Source: Eledone cirrhosa
Taxonomy: Eukaryota
NCBI GenBank assembly: GCA_964016885.1
Contig: CAXHJY010001410.1
Location: 1 to 64,000, forward strand
DNA: 64,000 nucleotides
Direction of reading: 5' to 3'
The position numbers were made by a program, and so were the translations under genes. Position 1 is the first letter of the stretch. Every line of letters starts with the position of its first letter. The notes under the pieces were generated by a model. The model was given only the letters and a program-made list of their open reading frames with translations. It had not been told where the DNA came from and did no database searches. Of the stretch, positions 39,359 through 54,600 are shown one piece after another.

Positions 39359-39987
39359 TATTATTTCTGTGGTTCAGGTAGAATTTGCGGTAGTTCGTGA
39401 CCAGGTCACAGAGAGTGCGACGAAAAAATAAGAGAAATTAAGAACTTGCGTGTGTGTGTATTTTTACATGAGTGGGTGTATGCATTTTTATATGTAAGTA
39501 TGCATGTGTGTGTGTGTATGTTTACATGAGTGAGTGTATGTGCTTATGTATATATATTTGTGTGTGTGTGTTTACATGAGAGAGTGTAATGAAAGTAAGC
39601 GTGTTTATGTGTTTGTATATGTAAGTAAGCGTGTGTGTATGTTTATGTATATATTTGTGTGTATGTTTACATGAGTGAGTGTATCGACCAACGCCTTAAT
39701 AACAAATAATACGTATTATTCCTAACCAACTGAGCTCCTCACGTTTCAACTGTTTCAATTCTGATTCATATATCATATATATATATTATATATATATTGT
39801 CAAAGACCCCTTCACAGACCGTTGACAAAGTCGAAATAATTAATTGATCTATTAATTGCCCCACTGGCACGCCATCAAATCCAGTCCGTGGTGTATCACA
39901 AAGGTCCGTTTGTGTTGTTAATTAATTCAGGTGTACCGACTCTGCGAGCGGTTTGTTCTAGTTCTAATACAAACAATAGCAGTATAT

Positions 39988-40018
<31 letters not shown>

Positions 40019-40299
40019 GGGTGTATATATGTGAGTAGAGAGAGAGATTATTTATTTAAATTATTGACGTATTGTTTTATTGATATTTTTTATCTGTTTG
40101 TCCCGAATCTTCCTTTATCGATTTTTTATCGTATGGTTGATTGTAGACTTGTTCTATATGTGACGGTATTTTAACGATAGTTATAGCTCTGATTCATCTG
40201 AATTATTGAGCCCTCTGCCGCTCATTTCGAATCTTGTTTATCGTGAACTCGTGCGCCGATTTTTCGATACTCGATCTTTCTAATGTATACATATATATA

Positions 40300-40385
40300 T
40301 ATATTGGGTGGTTAAGTATGAAATTGTAGAAAACATTTACAAACTTTGATTTTTCTACAAATTTCATACTTGACAACCAATATAT
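40300..40385. repeat. Short hairpin/MITE-like element flanked by TA
   Basis: TATTGG..AAGTATGAAATTGTAGAAAA / TTTTCTACAAATTTCATACTT..CCAATA. Confidence 0.55.
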
Positions 40386-41133
40386 GTAGATATATAGAGG
40401 GGGAGCGAGAGTGAGGTGTATATATGTGTGAGTGTAGAGAGAGATGGAGATTATATGTATATATAATATATGTGTGTGTGTGTGTGTGTGTGAGAATATA
40501 CGTAAGCCGGGCGTTATTTTATAGGGGGATTATACCTTATAAGACTGTCAGGTGACGTCTACTATCTGTGTGTGTTTATATAAATGTGTCTACACATATA
40601 TATATATTATGTCAGGTTGCTCTCGAGTGCTACTGGTAACATGTAACCCAGTAAAACCTGTTTCATTGTCGGCGGTTTAGACGCCGCGAACCTGACAAGC
40701 TAGCTTGATGGGGTGGGTAATATTCGGACACCCTGTAGGATGAAATACAAGACCCGGCAAAGGGCGAAGGAACTCAGACGAGTCAATGGCCATACAACTA
40801 GTATACCCCCCCCCCCCCCCCCCCCCTCCATCACCTGGTAGTGAAAGGTCCCCAATTGTTGTCATAACACCTTTCTAGGAGAGGGAAACTCTGGAGAAAA
40901 ACACCCGCGGCTTCGGAAGCATCCGATGATGTTTCTATATTGTCACTTTAATCTGTTGTTTATACACACACACAGACATGAGAGCAGACATCAGATCGCT
41001 GAAACTCACCGAGGTGATGACGAAGGACCGTGACAAGTGAAGAGACGCTGTGCTGAATAGAACCCGTCCAACCCTTGCAAGTAGGGAAAAGCGGACGTAA
41101 AATGATGCTGGACGTAAGATGATGATGATGATG

Positions 41134-41165
<32 letters not shown>

Positions 41166-41256
41166 CAAGTTTTGGTACCTTTGAAATATATATAATAGAA
41201 TAAATATGGTTTTAAATATAGTTTCCATTTATTAATATCATTGATATATATATATA

Positions 41257-41510
41257 TCAATGATATTAATAAATGGAAACTATATTTAAAACATATTTAT
41301 TCTATTATAATGATATTAATAAATGGAAACTATATTTAAAACCATATTTATTCTATTATAATGATATTAATAAATGGAAACTATATTTAAAACCATATTT
41401 ATTCTATTATAATGATATTAATAAATGGAAACTATATTTAAAACCATATTTATTCTATTATAATGATATTAATAAATGGAAACTATTTAAAACCATATTT
41501 ATTCTATTAT
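41257..41510. repeat. 51-bp tandem (~5 units) of a hammerhead-element tail
   Basis: AATGATATTAATAAATGGAAACTATATTTAAAACCATATTTATTCTATTAT repeated; inverted copy at 41190-41245. Confidence 0.9.
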
Positions 41511-41518
41511 ATAGATTT

Positions 41519-41556
<38 letters not shown>

Positions 41557-41595
41557 ATGATATTAATAAATGGAAACTATATTTAAAACCATATT

Positions 41596-41656
41596 TATTC
41601 TATTATATGTATTTCAAGGGTACCAAAACTTTGGTACGCTATCATCAGATAAAATA
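41596..41656 (-). ncRNA. Minimal type I hammerhead ribozyme motif (partly degenerate)
   Basis: tattttat-CTGATGA-tagc gtaccaa agtt ttggtac cctt-GAAA-tacata-TA-atagaata. Confidence 0.68.
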
Positions 41657-41845
41657 CAAAGTTAGTTTTATAAATATTGACATATCCAGGAATGAGACCT
41701 TAATGGTTAAAGTTTCACCTGGATGTTGAATTACCAACAAATTGAATATCCCTTTGCTTATATATATATATATATATCCAGTAGGTGTAACTCGATGTTT
41801 AGGTTCACTTCTGTGATGATGTGTAGAGCTATACAGAGTGTAAAA

Positions 41846-42093
41846 TATAGAAAGGATAAAAAGGACGATTGATTATTCCTTCATTGCATTTATTGATAGG
41901 TGACACGTGTTTCACCACTGATCAGCTCAAGGTTCGATCTATATCGATCCTACCTGACTCAATAATCGGCAGCTCGACGATTATTGAGTCGGGTAGGATC
42001 GATATAGATCCAACCTTGAGCTGATCAGTGGCGAAACGCGCCTCACCTATCAATAAATGCAATGAAGGAATAATCAATCGTCCTTTTTATCCT

Positions 42094-42100
<7 letters not shown>
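41846..42100. repeat. Near-perfect ~250-bp palindrome carrying half-hammerhead (GAAA-CACGTG-TC) and AATAAA
   Basis: Arms of ~120 bp around a ~10-nt loop at ~41968-41977. Confidence 0.85.
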
Positions 42101-42157
<57 letters not shown>

Positions 42158-42517
42158 AAGATAAAATAAAAAATGGTTATTTATAAGAGTTCCATATTTT
42201 ACTATATGGAACTCTTATAATCATTTTTTATTTCATCTTTATTATATATACTCCAGTTCTACCATCTGTCGAGTGCTACTTATCTGATATAGGCATAGTT
42301 TTATTGTTCTACTGTTCTACAATATTAATCACCTTGAAGGCATAGCATAATTTAACTTTGTATCCTTGAAATATGTATAATGAAATAAATATGGTTTTAT
42401 AAATATAGTATCCATTTGTTAATATCGTATATCTACTCCAAATACTTGTCGAGTGCTTTATATCAGTTATAAAAATATTTGCTTGTTGTATCCCAACAAT
42501 TTAAATAGAACTTTTGC

Positions 42518-42557
<40 letters not shown>

Positions 42558-43211
42558 TCTATCTGCTGTTGAAATGACTTTGCAAAATTATTGTTGACTT
42601 GTTGAGATAAAGAAGGTTACCAAATGACAGTTATGATGGGAGATAAGATATTGTTGAGATATAAGATTATGCTCATACATATAATTAATAACACATACAC
42701 ACATATATATATATATAACACACACATACATGAATTGGCAGTATCGGTAGAGGGTCGGACGCCATGCTTTGATGCATAGAGTTACGGCCCTTGCCATTCT
42801 GAGTTCAAATTCCGCCGAGGTTAACTTTGCCTTTCATCCTTACGGTAAAATAAAGTACCAGTAATACACTGGGTATTTGCTGGCCTTGTGCCAAAAGTAG
42901 AAACAATTATTATACACACAGTGATATCATTATCATCGATTAACGTCCATCTTCCTCGCTAGCATGGGTTAGACAGGTCCTATTTTGAGGCAAGTTGTGT
43001 TGGGTGACCGTGTCTCGTTCAAATGGCTGGTTTTCTAGGGCTGGATGCCCTTCCTAACGCCAACCACATATAGACAATAATACACACATAAATAAACAGT
43101 AACAACCACGCCACTCACACACACACAGACATATAGCAACAGAAACACAGACATTAACAGTAGCACATACATACACACAGACACATATACCAATACTTAT
43201 GCATGGAGATA

Positions 43212-44170
43212 TAATAATAATGAAACTTATTGTGTACAGTGCTCAGGTGCACTACAACTCATCAAAGGTGCATGTATAGTACATAGAATAATGTACAAAT
43301 GTCAGGAAAGTGAACAGTGTATGAGTCATGATATACATGTGTGTGTGTATGGAGGGGGATATCAGGTGTAGTGTTGGTGAATTTCAGGAGGCATGGAGGT
43401 TTTAAAGGATGCAGTGTCTCGACAGCTAACAACTGATGCAGGTAGTTTGTTCCATGGAGGTTTTAAAGGATGCAGTGTCTCGACAGCTAACAACTGATGC
43501 AGGTAGTTTGTTCCATTGAGGTTTTAAAGGATGCAGTGTCTCGACAGCTAACAACTGATGCAGGTAGTTTGTTCCATGGAGGTTTTAAAGGATGCAGTGT
43601 CTCGACAGCTAACAACTGATGCAGGTAGTTTGTTCCATGGAGGTTTTAAAGGATGCAGTGTCTCGACAGCTAACAACTGATGCAGGTAGTTTGTTCCATT
43701 GAGGTTTTAAAGGATGCAGTGTCTCGACAGCTAACAACTGATGCAGGTAGTTTGTTCCATGGAGGTTTTAAAGGATGCAGTGTCTCGACAGCTAACAACT
43801 GATGTAGGTAGTTTGTTCTATGGAGGTTTTAAAGGATGCAGTGTCTCAACAGCTAACAACTGATGCAGGTAGTTTGTTCCATGGAGGTTTTAAAGGATGC
43901 AGTATCCCAACATCTAACAACTGATGCAGGTAGTTTGTTCCATGCTTCAGCAACTCGGAGTGTGTAAAGATGTTTCTGAAAGTCATGGGAGCTGTGCTGT
44001 TTTTTGACTTTGTAGACATGCCCACGTGTGTTAGACACATGGAATTCTAAAAGGTATTCAGGGTTGTTGTTGGCAAGATGGTTAATAATTTTGTGGGTGT
44101 CTACCAAGTCAGTTGCCAGACATCGGAGCTTCAAAGTATCCATGCCCAGGGAAGCAAGGCGTTCAGAATA
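43212..44170 (-). mobile_element. CR1-clade LINE 3' fragment with ~9 copies of the 61-bp unit (43392-43944)
   Basis: DLVDTHKII..NTRGHVYKV..RVAEAWNKLP..ASFK. Confidence 0.85.
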
Positions 44171-44327
44171 TATATCATCATCGTTTAATGTCTATCTTCC
44201 ACGCTAGCATGGGTTAGACGGGAATTGTCCCACTTCAGGCAAGATTGATCGGGTGGCCATGTCTCGCTCGTATAGGACTGTATCTGGCAGGTTTTCGACG
44301 GCTGGATGCCCTTCCTAACACCAACCA

Positions 44328-44835
44328 CATTTACAGTGTGGACTGGGAGCCTTTTTACCATGTTTCCTACACAATCACTTTACAGTGTGGACTGGGGGCC
44401 TTTTTACTGTGTCTCCTACATGACCACTTTACAGTGTGGACTGGGAGCCTTTTTACTGTGTCTCCTATATGACCACTTTACAGTGTAGACTGGGAGCCTT
44501 TTTACTGTGTCTCCTACATGACCACTTTACAGTGTGGACTGGGAGCCTTTTTACTGTGTCTCCTACATGACCACTTTACAGTGTGGAATGGGGAGCTTTT
44601 TACCGTGTCTCCTACATGACCACTTTACAGTGTGGACTGGGAGCCTTTTTACTGTGTCTCCTACATGACCACTTTACAGTGTGGACTGGGAGCCTTTTTA
44701 CTGTGTCCTACATGACCACTTTACAGTGTGGACTGGGAGCCTTTTTACTGTGTCTCCTATATGACCACTTTACAGTGTGGACTGGGGGCCTTTTTACCGC
44801 ATCTCCTACACGATCTCTATAGTGTGGACTGGATG
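44328..44835. repeat. 48-49-bp minisatellite (~10 units)
   Basis: Same family, preceded by the SINE A 3' half. Confidence 0.95.
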
Positions 44836-45656
44836 TTCTGTGGTACCAACATAACTTTACAGAGAAAGGGTGGTGTGGGCAGAAGTGGGAGGATGAAGTA
44901 GGGGTAGTGGGTTGGGGTGTATATTTGGTTAAGAAGTGCCTACTGAGCGTAGGTTTAACTTTGTATGGAAGGGAAGGCGGGTCTTCTGTATTACTGTGTA
45001 GCACCAAAGATCTTGATCCAGTGACATTGTCTTAGAGAGGTGCAAGTGTGTAAGGTCGGAATTTATCAGATCATCCCAGGTTTTTCTGGGTCTACCTACT
45101 CCATAACTACCATCAATTTTGATCGCCCTGCACTTAAATATAATACATAGAAATATAATTGTTTCTACTTTTGGCACAAGGCCAGCAAATACACCAGTGT
45201 ATTACTGGTACTTTATTTTATCGACCCCGTAAGGATGAAAGGCAAAGCTAACCTCGGCGGGATTTGAACTCAGAATGGCAAGGGCCGTAACTCTATGCGT
45301 CAAAGCATGGCGCCCAACCCTCTACCGATACTGCCAATCAGAAATATAATACCAGTCAAGTACTGGGGTCAATTTATTCCTCTATATCTCTTTCCCTCAC
45401 TATCCTTCTCTGGAAGAAAGCTGCTATATTCAGACCTGGAGAGGAGATGGACTCCACTGAGTTTTAAAATACCCTAGGAACACTTTATGTCAATATGACA
45501 CACTCACGACTCTCTTGAGAGTTACGGACCCATCTATACAAATATAATACCAGTCCAGTACTGGGGGTCAATTCTTCCTATCTCTTCTAAGTAACAATTC
45601 AACTAATCTTGTTATATGGAAGTGAAACATGGACACTTTCATCCAAACAACAAAAG

Positions 45657-48600
45657 CACCTTGATGGCACCTACACTACTGCTACTACTACTACCCCTAC
45701 TACCTTGATGGCACCTACACTACTGCTACTACTACTACCCCTACTACCTTGATGGCACCTACACTACTGCTACTACTACTACCCCTACTACCTTGATGGC
45801 ACCTACACTACTGCTACTACTACTACCCCTACCACCTTGATGGCACCTACACTACTGCTACTACTACTACCCCTACTACCTTGATGGCACCTACACTACT
45901 GCTACTACTACTACCCCTACTACCTTGATGGCACCTACACTACTGCTACTACTACTACCCCTACTACCTTGATGGCACCTACACTACTGCTACTACTACT
46001 ACCACTACCACCTTGATGGCACCTACACTACTGCTACTACTACTACTACTACTACTACCTTGATGGCACCTACACTACTGCTACTACTACTACCCCTACT
46101 ACCTTGATGGCACCTACACTACTGCTACTACTACTACCCCTACCACCTTGATGGCACCTACACTACTGCTACTACTACTACCCCTACTACCTTGATGGCA
46201 CCTACACTACTGCTACTACTACTACCACTACTACCTTGATGGCACCTACACTACTGCTACTACTACTACCCCTACTACCTTGATGGCACCTACACTACTG
46301 CTACTACTACTACCACTACTACCTTGATGGCACCTACACTACTGCTACTACTACTACCCCTACTACCTTGATGGCACCTACACTACTACTACTACTACCA
46401 CTACTACCTTGATGGCACCTACACTACTGCTACTACTACTACCCCTACTACCTTGATGGCACCTACACTACTGCTACTACTACTACTACCTTGATGGCAC
46501 CTACACTACTGCTACTACTACTACCACTACCACCTTGATGGCACCTACACTACTGCTACTACTACCACTTTGATGGCACCTACACTACTGCTACTACTAC
46601 TACCACTACCTTGATGGCACCTACACTACTGCTACTACCACTACTACCTTGATGGCACCTACACTACTGCTACTACTACTACTACTACTACCTTGATGGC
46701 ACCTACACTACTGCTACTACTACTACCACTACCACCTTGATGGCACCTACACTACTGCTACTACTACTACCACTACCTTGATGGCACCTACACTACTGCT
46801 ACTACTACTACCACTACCTTGATGGCACCTACACTACTGCTACTGCTACTACTACCTTGATGGCACCTACACTACTGCTACTACTACTACCCCTACTACC
46901 TTGATGGCACCTACACTACTGCTACTACTACCACTTTGATGGCACCTACACTACTGCTACTACTACTACCACTACCTTGATGGCACCTACACTACTGCTA
47001 CTACTACTACCCCTACTACCTTGATGGCACCTACACTACTGCTACTACTACCACTTTGATGGCACCTACACTACTGCTACTACTACTACTACTACCACCT
47101 TGATGGCACCTACACTACTGCTACTACTACTACTACCACTACCTTGATGGCACCTACACTACTGCTACTACTACTACTACTACCACCTTGATGGCACCTA
47201 CACTACTGCTACTACTACTACCACTACCACCTTGATGGCACCTACACTACTGCTACTACTACTACCCCTACTACCTTGATGGCACCTACACTACTACTAC
47301 TACTACTACCACTACTACCTTGATGGCACCTACACTACTACTACTACTACTACCACTACTACCTTGATGGCACCTACACTACTGCTACTACTACCACTTT
47401 GATGGCACCTACACTACTGCTACTACTACTACCACTACCTTGATGGCACCTACACTACTGCTACTACTACTACCACTACTACCTTGATGGCACCTACACT
47501 ACTGCTACTACTACTACCCCTACTACCTTGATGGCACCTACACTACTACTACTACTACTACCACTACTACCTTGATGGCACCTACACTACTGCTACTACT
47601 ACTACCACTACTACCTTGATGGCACCTACACTACTGCTACTACTACTACCCCTACTACCTTGATGGCACCTACACTACTGCTACTACTACTACCACTACT
47701 ACCTTGATGGCACCTACACTACTGCTACTACTACTACCCCTACTACCTTGATGGCACCTACACTACTGCTACTACTACTACCCCTACTACCTTGATGGCA
47801 CCTACACTACTGCTACTACTACCACTACCACCTTGATGGCACCTACACTACTGCTACTACTACTACCCCTACTACCTTGATGGCACCTACACTACTGCTA
47901 CTACTACCACTACTACCTTGATGGCACCTACACTACTGCTACTACTACTACCCCTACCACCTTGATGGCACCTACACTACTGCTACTACTACTACCACTA
48001 CCACCTTGATGGCACCTACACTACTGCTACTACTACCACTACTACCTTGATGGCACCTACACTACTGCTACTACTACTACCACTACCTTGATGGCACCTA
48101 CACTACTGCTACTACTACTACTACCTTGATGGCACCTACACTACTACTACTACCCCTACTACCTTGATGGCACCTACACTACTGCTACTACCACTACTAC
48201 CTTGATGGCACCTACACTACTGCTACTACTACTACTACCTTGATGGCACCTACACTACTACTACTACTACTACCACTACCACTTTGATGGCACCTACACT
48301 ACTGCTACTACTACTACTACCACCTTGATGGCACCTACACTACTGCTACTACTACTACCACTACCACCTTGATGGCACCTACACTACTGCTACTACTACC
48401 ACTTTGATGGCACCTACACTACTGCTACTACTACTACCACTACCTTGATGGCACCTACACTACTGCTACTACTACTACCACTACCACCTTGATGGCACCT
48501 ACACTACTGCTACTACTACTACCACTACCACCTTGATGGCACCTACACTACTGCTACTACTACCACTTTGATGGCACCTACACTACTGCTACTACTACTA

Positions 48601-51600
48601 CCCCTACTACCTTGATGGCACCTACACTACTGCTACTACTACTACTACCTTGATGGCACCTACACTACTGCTACTACTACTACCACCTTGATGGCACCTA
48701 CACTACTACTACTACCACTACCTTGATGGCACCTACACTACTGCTACTACTACTACTACTACTACCTTGATGGCACCCTACACTACTGCTACTACTACTA
48801 CCACCTTGATGGCACCTACACTACTACTACTACCACTACCTTGATGGCACCTACACTACTGCTACTACTACTACTACTACTACCTTGATGGCACCCTACA
48901 CTACTGCTACTACTACTACTACCTTGATGGCACCTACACTACTGCTACTACTACTACTACTACTACCTTGATGGCACCTACACTACTGCTACTACTACTA
49001 CTACCTTGATGGCACCCTACACTACTGCTACTACTACTACTACCTTGATGGCACCTACACTACTGCTACTACTACTACTACTACTACCTTGATGGCACCC
49101 TACACTACTGCTACTACTACTACTACCTTGATGGCACCTACACTACTGCTACTACTACTACTACTACTACCTTGATGGCACCTACACTACTGCTACTACT
49201 ACTACTACCTTGATGGCACCCTACACTACTGCTACTACTACTACTACCTTGATGGCACCTACACTACTGCTACTACTACTACTACTACTACCTTGATGGC
49301 ACCCTACACTACTGCTACTACTACTACTACCTTGATGGCACCTACACTACTACTACTACTACTACTACTACCTTGATGGCACCTACACTACTGCTACTAC
49401 TACTACTACCTTGATGGCACCTACACTACTGCTACTACTACTACTACCTTGATGGCACCTACACTACTACTACTACCACTACTACCTTGATGGCACCTAC
49501 ACTACTGCTACTACCACTACTACCTTGATGGCACCTACACTACTGCTACTACTACTACTACCTTGATGGCACCTACACTACTGCTACTACTACTACCCGT
49601 ACTACCTTGATGGCACCTACACTACTGCTACTACTACTACCCCTACTACCTTGATGGCACCTACACTACTGCTACTACTACTACTACCTTGATGGCACCT
49701 ACACTACTGCTACTACTACTACCACTACCTTGATGGCACCTACACTACTGCTACTACTACTACCACTACCACCTTGATGGCACCTACACTACTGCTACTA
49801 CTACTACCCCTACTACCTTGATGGCACCTACACTACTGCTACTACTACTACCCCTACTACCTTGATGGCACCTACACTACTGCTACTACTACCACTACTA
49901 CCTTGATGGCACCTACACTACTACTACTACTACTACCACTACTACCTTGATGGCACCTACACTACTGCTACTACTACTACCACTACTACCTTGATGGCAC
50001 CTACACTACTACTACTACCACTACTACCTTGATGGCACCTACACTACTGCTACTACTACTACCACTACCACCTTGATGGCACCTACACTACTGCTACTAC
50101 TACCACTACTACCTTGATGGCACCTACACTACTGCTACTACTACTACCCCTACTACCTTGATGGCACCTACACTACTGCTACTACTACCACTACTACCTT
50201 GATGGCACCTACACTACTGCTACTACTACTACCCCTACTACCTTGATGGCACCTACACTACTGCTACTACTACTACTACCTTGATGGCACCTACACTACT
50301 GCTACTACTACTACCACTACCACCTTGATGGCACCTACACTACTGCTACTACTACCACTACTACCTTGATGGCACCTACACTACTGCTACTACTACTACC
50401 CCTACTACCTTGATGGCACCTACACTACTGCTACTACTACTACTACCTTGATGGCACCTACACTACTGCTACTACTACTACCACTACCACCTTGATGACA
50501 CCTACACTACTGCTACTACTACTACCACTACCACCTTGATGGCACCTACACTACTGCTACTACTACTACCACTACCACCTTGATGACACCTACACTACTG
50601 CTACTACTACTACCACTACCACCTTGATGGCACCTACACTACTGCTACTACTACTACCACTACCACCTTGATGGCACCTACACTACTGCTACTACTACTA
50701 CCCCTACTACCTTGATGGCACCTACACTACTGCTACTACTACCACTACCACCTTGATGGCACCTACACTACTGCTACTACTACTACCCCTACTACCTTGA
50801 TGGCACCTACACTACTGCTACTACTACTACCCCTACCACCTTGATGGCACCTACACTACTGCTACTACTACTACCACTACCACCTTGATGACACCTACAC
50901 TACTGCTACTACTACTACCACTACTACCTTGATGGCACCTACACTACTGCTACTACTACTACTACCTTGATGGCACCTACACTACTGCTACTACTACTAC
51001 CACTACCACCTTGATGGCACCTACACTACTGCTACTACTACTACCACTACTACCTTGATGGCACCTACACTACTGCTACTACTACTACCACTACTACCTT
51101 GATGGCACCTACACTACTGCTACTACTACTACCCCTACCACCTTGATGGCACCTACACTACTGCTACTACTACTACCCCTACCACCTTGATGGCACCTAC
51201 ACTACTGCTACTACTACTACCACTACCACCTTGATGGCACCTACACTACTGCTACTACTACTACCCCTACTACCTTGATGGCACCTACACTACTACTACT
51301 ACTACCCCTACCACCTTGATGGCACCTACACTACTACTACTACTACTACCCCTACCACCTTGATGGCACCTACACTACTGCTACTACTACTACCCCTACT
51401 ACCTTGATGGCACCTACACTACTGCTACTACTACTACCACTACTACCTTGATGGCACCTACACTACTGCTACTACTACTACCACTACCACCTTGATGGCA
51501 CCTACACTACTGCTACTACTACTACCACTACTACCTTGATGGCACCTACACTACTGCTACTACTACCCCTACTACCTTGATGGCACCTACACTACTGCTA

Positions 51601-54600
51601 CTACTACCCCTACCACCTTGATGGCACCTACACTACTGCTACTACTACCCCTACCACCTTGATGGCACCTACACTACTACTACTACTACTACCACCTTGA
51701 TGGCACCTACACTACTGCTACTACTACTACCACTACCACCTTGATGGCACCTACACTACTGCTACTACTACTACCCCTACTACCTTGATGGCACCTACAC
51801 TACTGCTACTACTACTACCACTACCACCTTGATGACACCTACACTACTGCTACTACTACCACTACTACCTTGATGGCACCTACACTACTGCTACTACTAC
51901 CACTACCACCTTGATGACACCTACACTACTGCTACTACTACCACTACTACCTTGATGGCACCTACACTACTGCTACTACTACCACTACCACCTTGATGAC
52001 ACCTACACTACTGCTACTACTACCACTACCACCTTGATGGCACCTACACTACTGCTACTACTACTACTACCTTGATGGCACCTACACTACTGCTACTACT
52101 ACTACTACCTTGATGGCACCTACACTACTGCTACTACCACTACCACCTTGATGGCACCTACACTACTGCTACTACTACTACCACCTTGATGGCACCTACA
52201 CTACTGCTACTACTACTACTACCTTGATGGCACCTACACTACTGCTACTACTACTACCACTACCACCTTGATGGCACCTACACTACTGCTACTACTACTA
52301 CCACTACTACCTTGATGGCACCTACACTACTGCTACTACTACTACCACTACTACCTTGATGGCACCTACACTACTGCTACTACTACTACCCCTACCACCT
52401 TGATGGCACCTACACTACTGCTACTACTACTACCCCTACCACCTTGATGGCACCTACACTACTGCTACTACTACTACCACTACCACCTTGATGGCACCTA
52501 CACTACTGCTACTACTACTACCACTACCTTGATGGCACCTATACTACTGCTACTACTACTACTACCTTGATGGCACCTACACTACTGCTACTACTACTAC
52601 CCCTACCACCTTGATGGCACCTACACTACTGCTACTACTACTACCACTACCTTGATGGCACCTATACTACTGCTACTACTACTACCACTACTACCTTGAT
52701 GGCACCTACACTACTGCTACTACTACTACCCCTACCACCTTGATGGCACCTACACTACTGCTACTACTACTACCACTAACTTGATGGCACCTACACTACT
52801 GCTACTACTACTACCACTACTACCTTGATGGCACCTACACTACTACTACTACCCCTACTACCTTGATGGCACCTACACTACTGCTACTACTACTACCCCT
52901 ACCACCTTGATGGCACCTACACTACTGCTACTACTACTACCACTAACTTGATGGCACCTACACTACTGCTACTACTACTACCACTACTACCTTGATGGCA
53001 CCTACACTACTACTACTACCCCTACCACCTTGATGGCACCTACACTACTGCTACTACTACCACTACCACCTTGATGGCACCTACACTACTGCTACTACTA
53101 CTACCACTACCACCTTGATGGCACCTACACTACTGCTACTACTACTACCACTACCACCTTGATGGCACCTACACTACTGCTACTACTACCACTACCACCT
53201 TGATGGCACCTACACTACTGCTACTACTACTACCACTACCACCTTGATGGCACCTACACTACTGCTACTACTACTACCACTACCACCTTGATGGCACCTA
53301 CACTACTGCTACTACTACCACTACCACCTTGATGGCACCTACACTACTGCTACTACTACTACCCCTACTACCTTGATGGCACCTACACTACTGCTACTAC
53401 TACTACCACTACCACCTTGATGGCACCTACACTACTGCTACTACTACTACCACTACCACCTTGATGGCACCTACACTACTGCTACTACTACCACTACCAC
53501 CTTGATGGCACCTACACTACTGCTACTACTACTACCCCTACTACCTTGATGGCACCTATACTACTGCTACTACTACTACCACTACTACCTTGATGGCACC
53601 TACACTACTGCTACTACTACTACCCCTACTACCTTGATGGCACCTACACTACTGCTACTACTACTACCACTACTACCTTGATGGCACCTACACTACTGCT
53701 ACTACTACCACTACCACCTTGATGGCACCTACACTACTGCTACTACTACTACCACTACCACCTTGATGGCACCTACACTACTGCTACTACTACTACCACT
53801 ACCACCTTGATGGCACCTACACTACTGCTACTACTACTACCACTACCACCTTGATGGCACCTACACTACTGCTACTACTACTACCACTACCACCTTGATG
53901 GCACCTACACTACTGCTACTACTACTACCACTACCACCTTGATGGCACCTACACTACTGCTACTACTACTACCCCTACCACCTTGATGGCACCTACACTA
54001 CTGCTACTACTACCACTACCACCTTGATGGCACCTACACTACTACTACTACTACCACTACCACCTTGATGGCACCTACACTACTGCTACTACTACTACCA
54101 CTACCACCTTGATGGCACCTACACTACTGCTACTACTACTACCACTACCACCTTGATGGCACCTACACTACTGCTACTACTACTACCACTACCACCTTGA
54201 TGGCACCTACACTACTGCTACTACTACCACTACCACCTTGATGGCACCTACACTACTGCTACTACTACTACCCCTACTACCTTGATGGCACCTACACTAC
54301 TGCTACTACTACTACCACTACCACCTTGATGGCATCTACACTACTGCTACTACTACTACTACTACTACCTTGATGGCACCTACACTACTGCTACTACTAC
54401 CACTACCACCTTGATGGCACCTACACTACTGCTACTACTACTACCACTACCACCTTGATGGCACCTATACTACTGCTACTACTACTACCACTACCACCTT
54501 GATGGCACCTATACTACTGCTACTACTACTACCACTACTACCTTGATGGCACCTACACTACTGCTACTACTACTACCACTACTACCTTGATGGCACCTAC

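Noticed and set aside
39069-39431. Plus-strand 120-aa ORF
   Set aside because: Antisense shadow of SDR exon 1 with no recognisable motifs.
39690-40290. Additional hammerhead cores or a defined promoter upstream of the SDR
   Set aside because: Isolated GAAA/CTGA words have no supporting stems, and promoter motifs such as TGACGT near 40553 cannot be supported from sequence alone.
42280-42430. Eighth complete hammerhead
   Set aside because: The GAAA-TATGTA-TA half is present but the upstream core reads CTGATAT and stem II is not convincing; treated as decayed.
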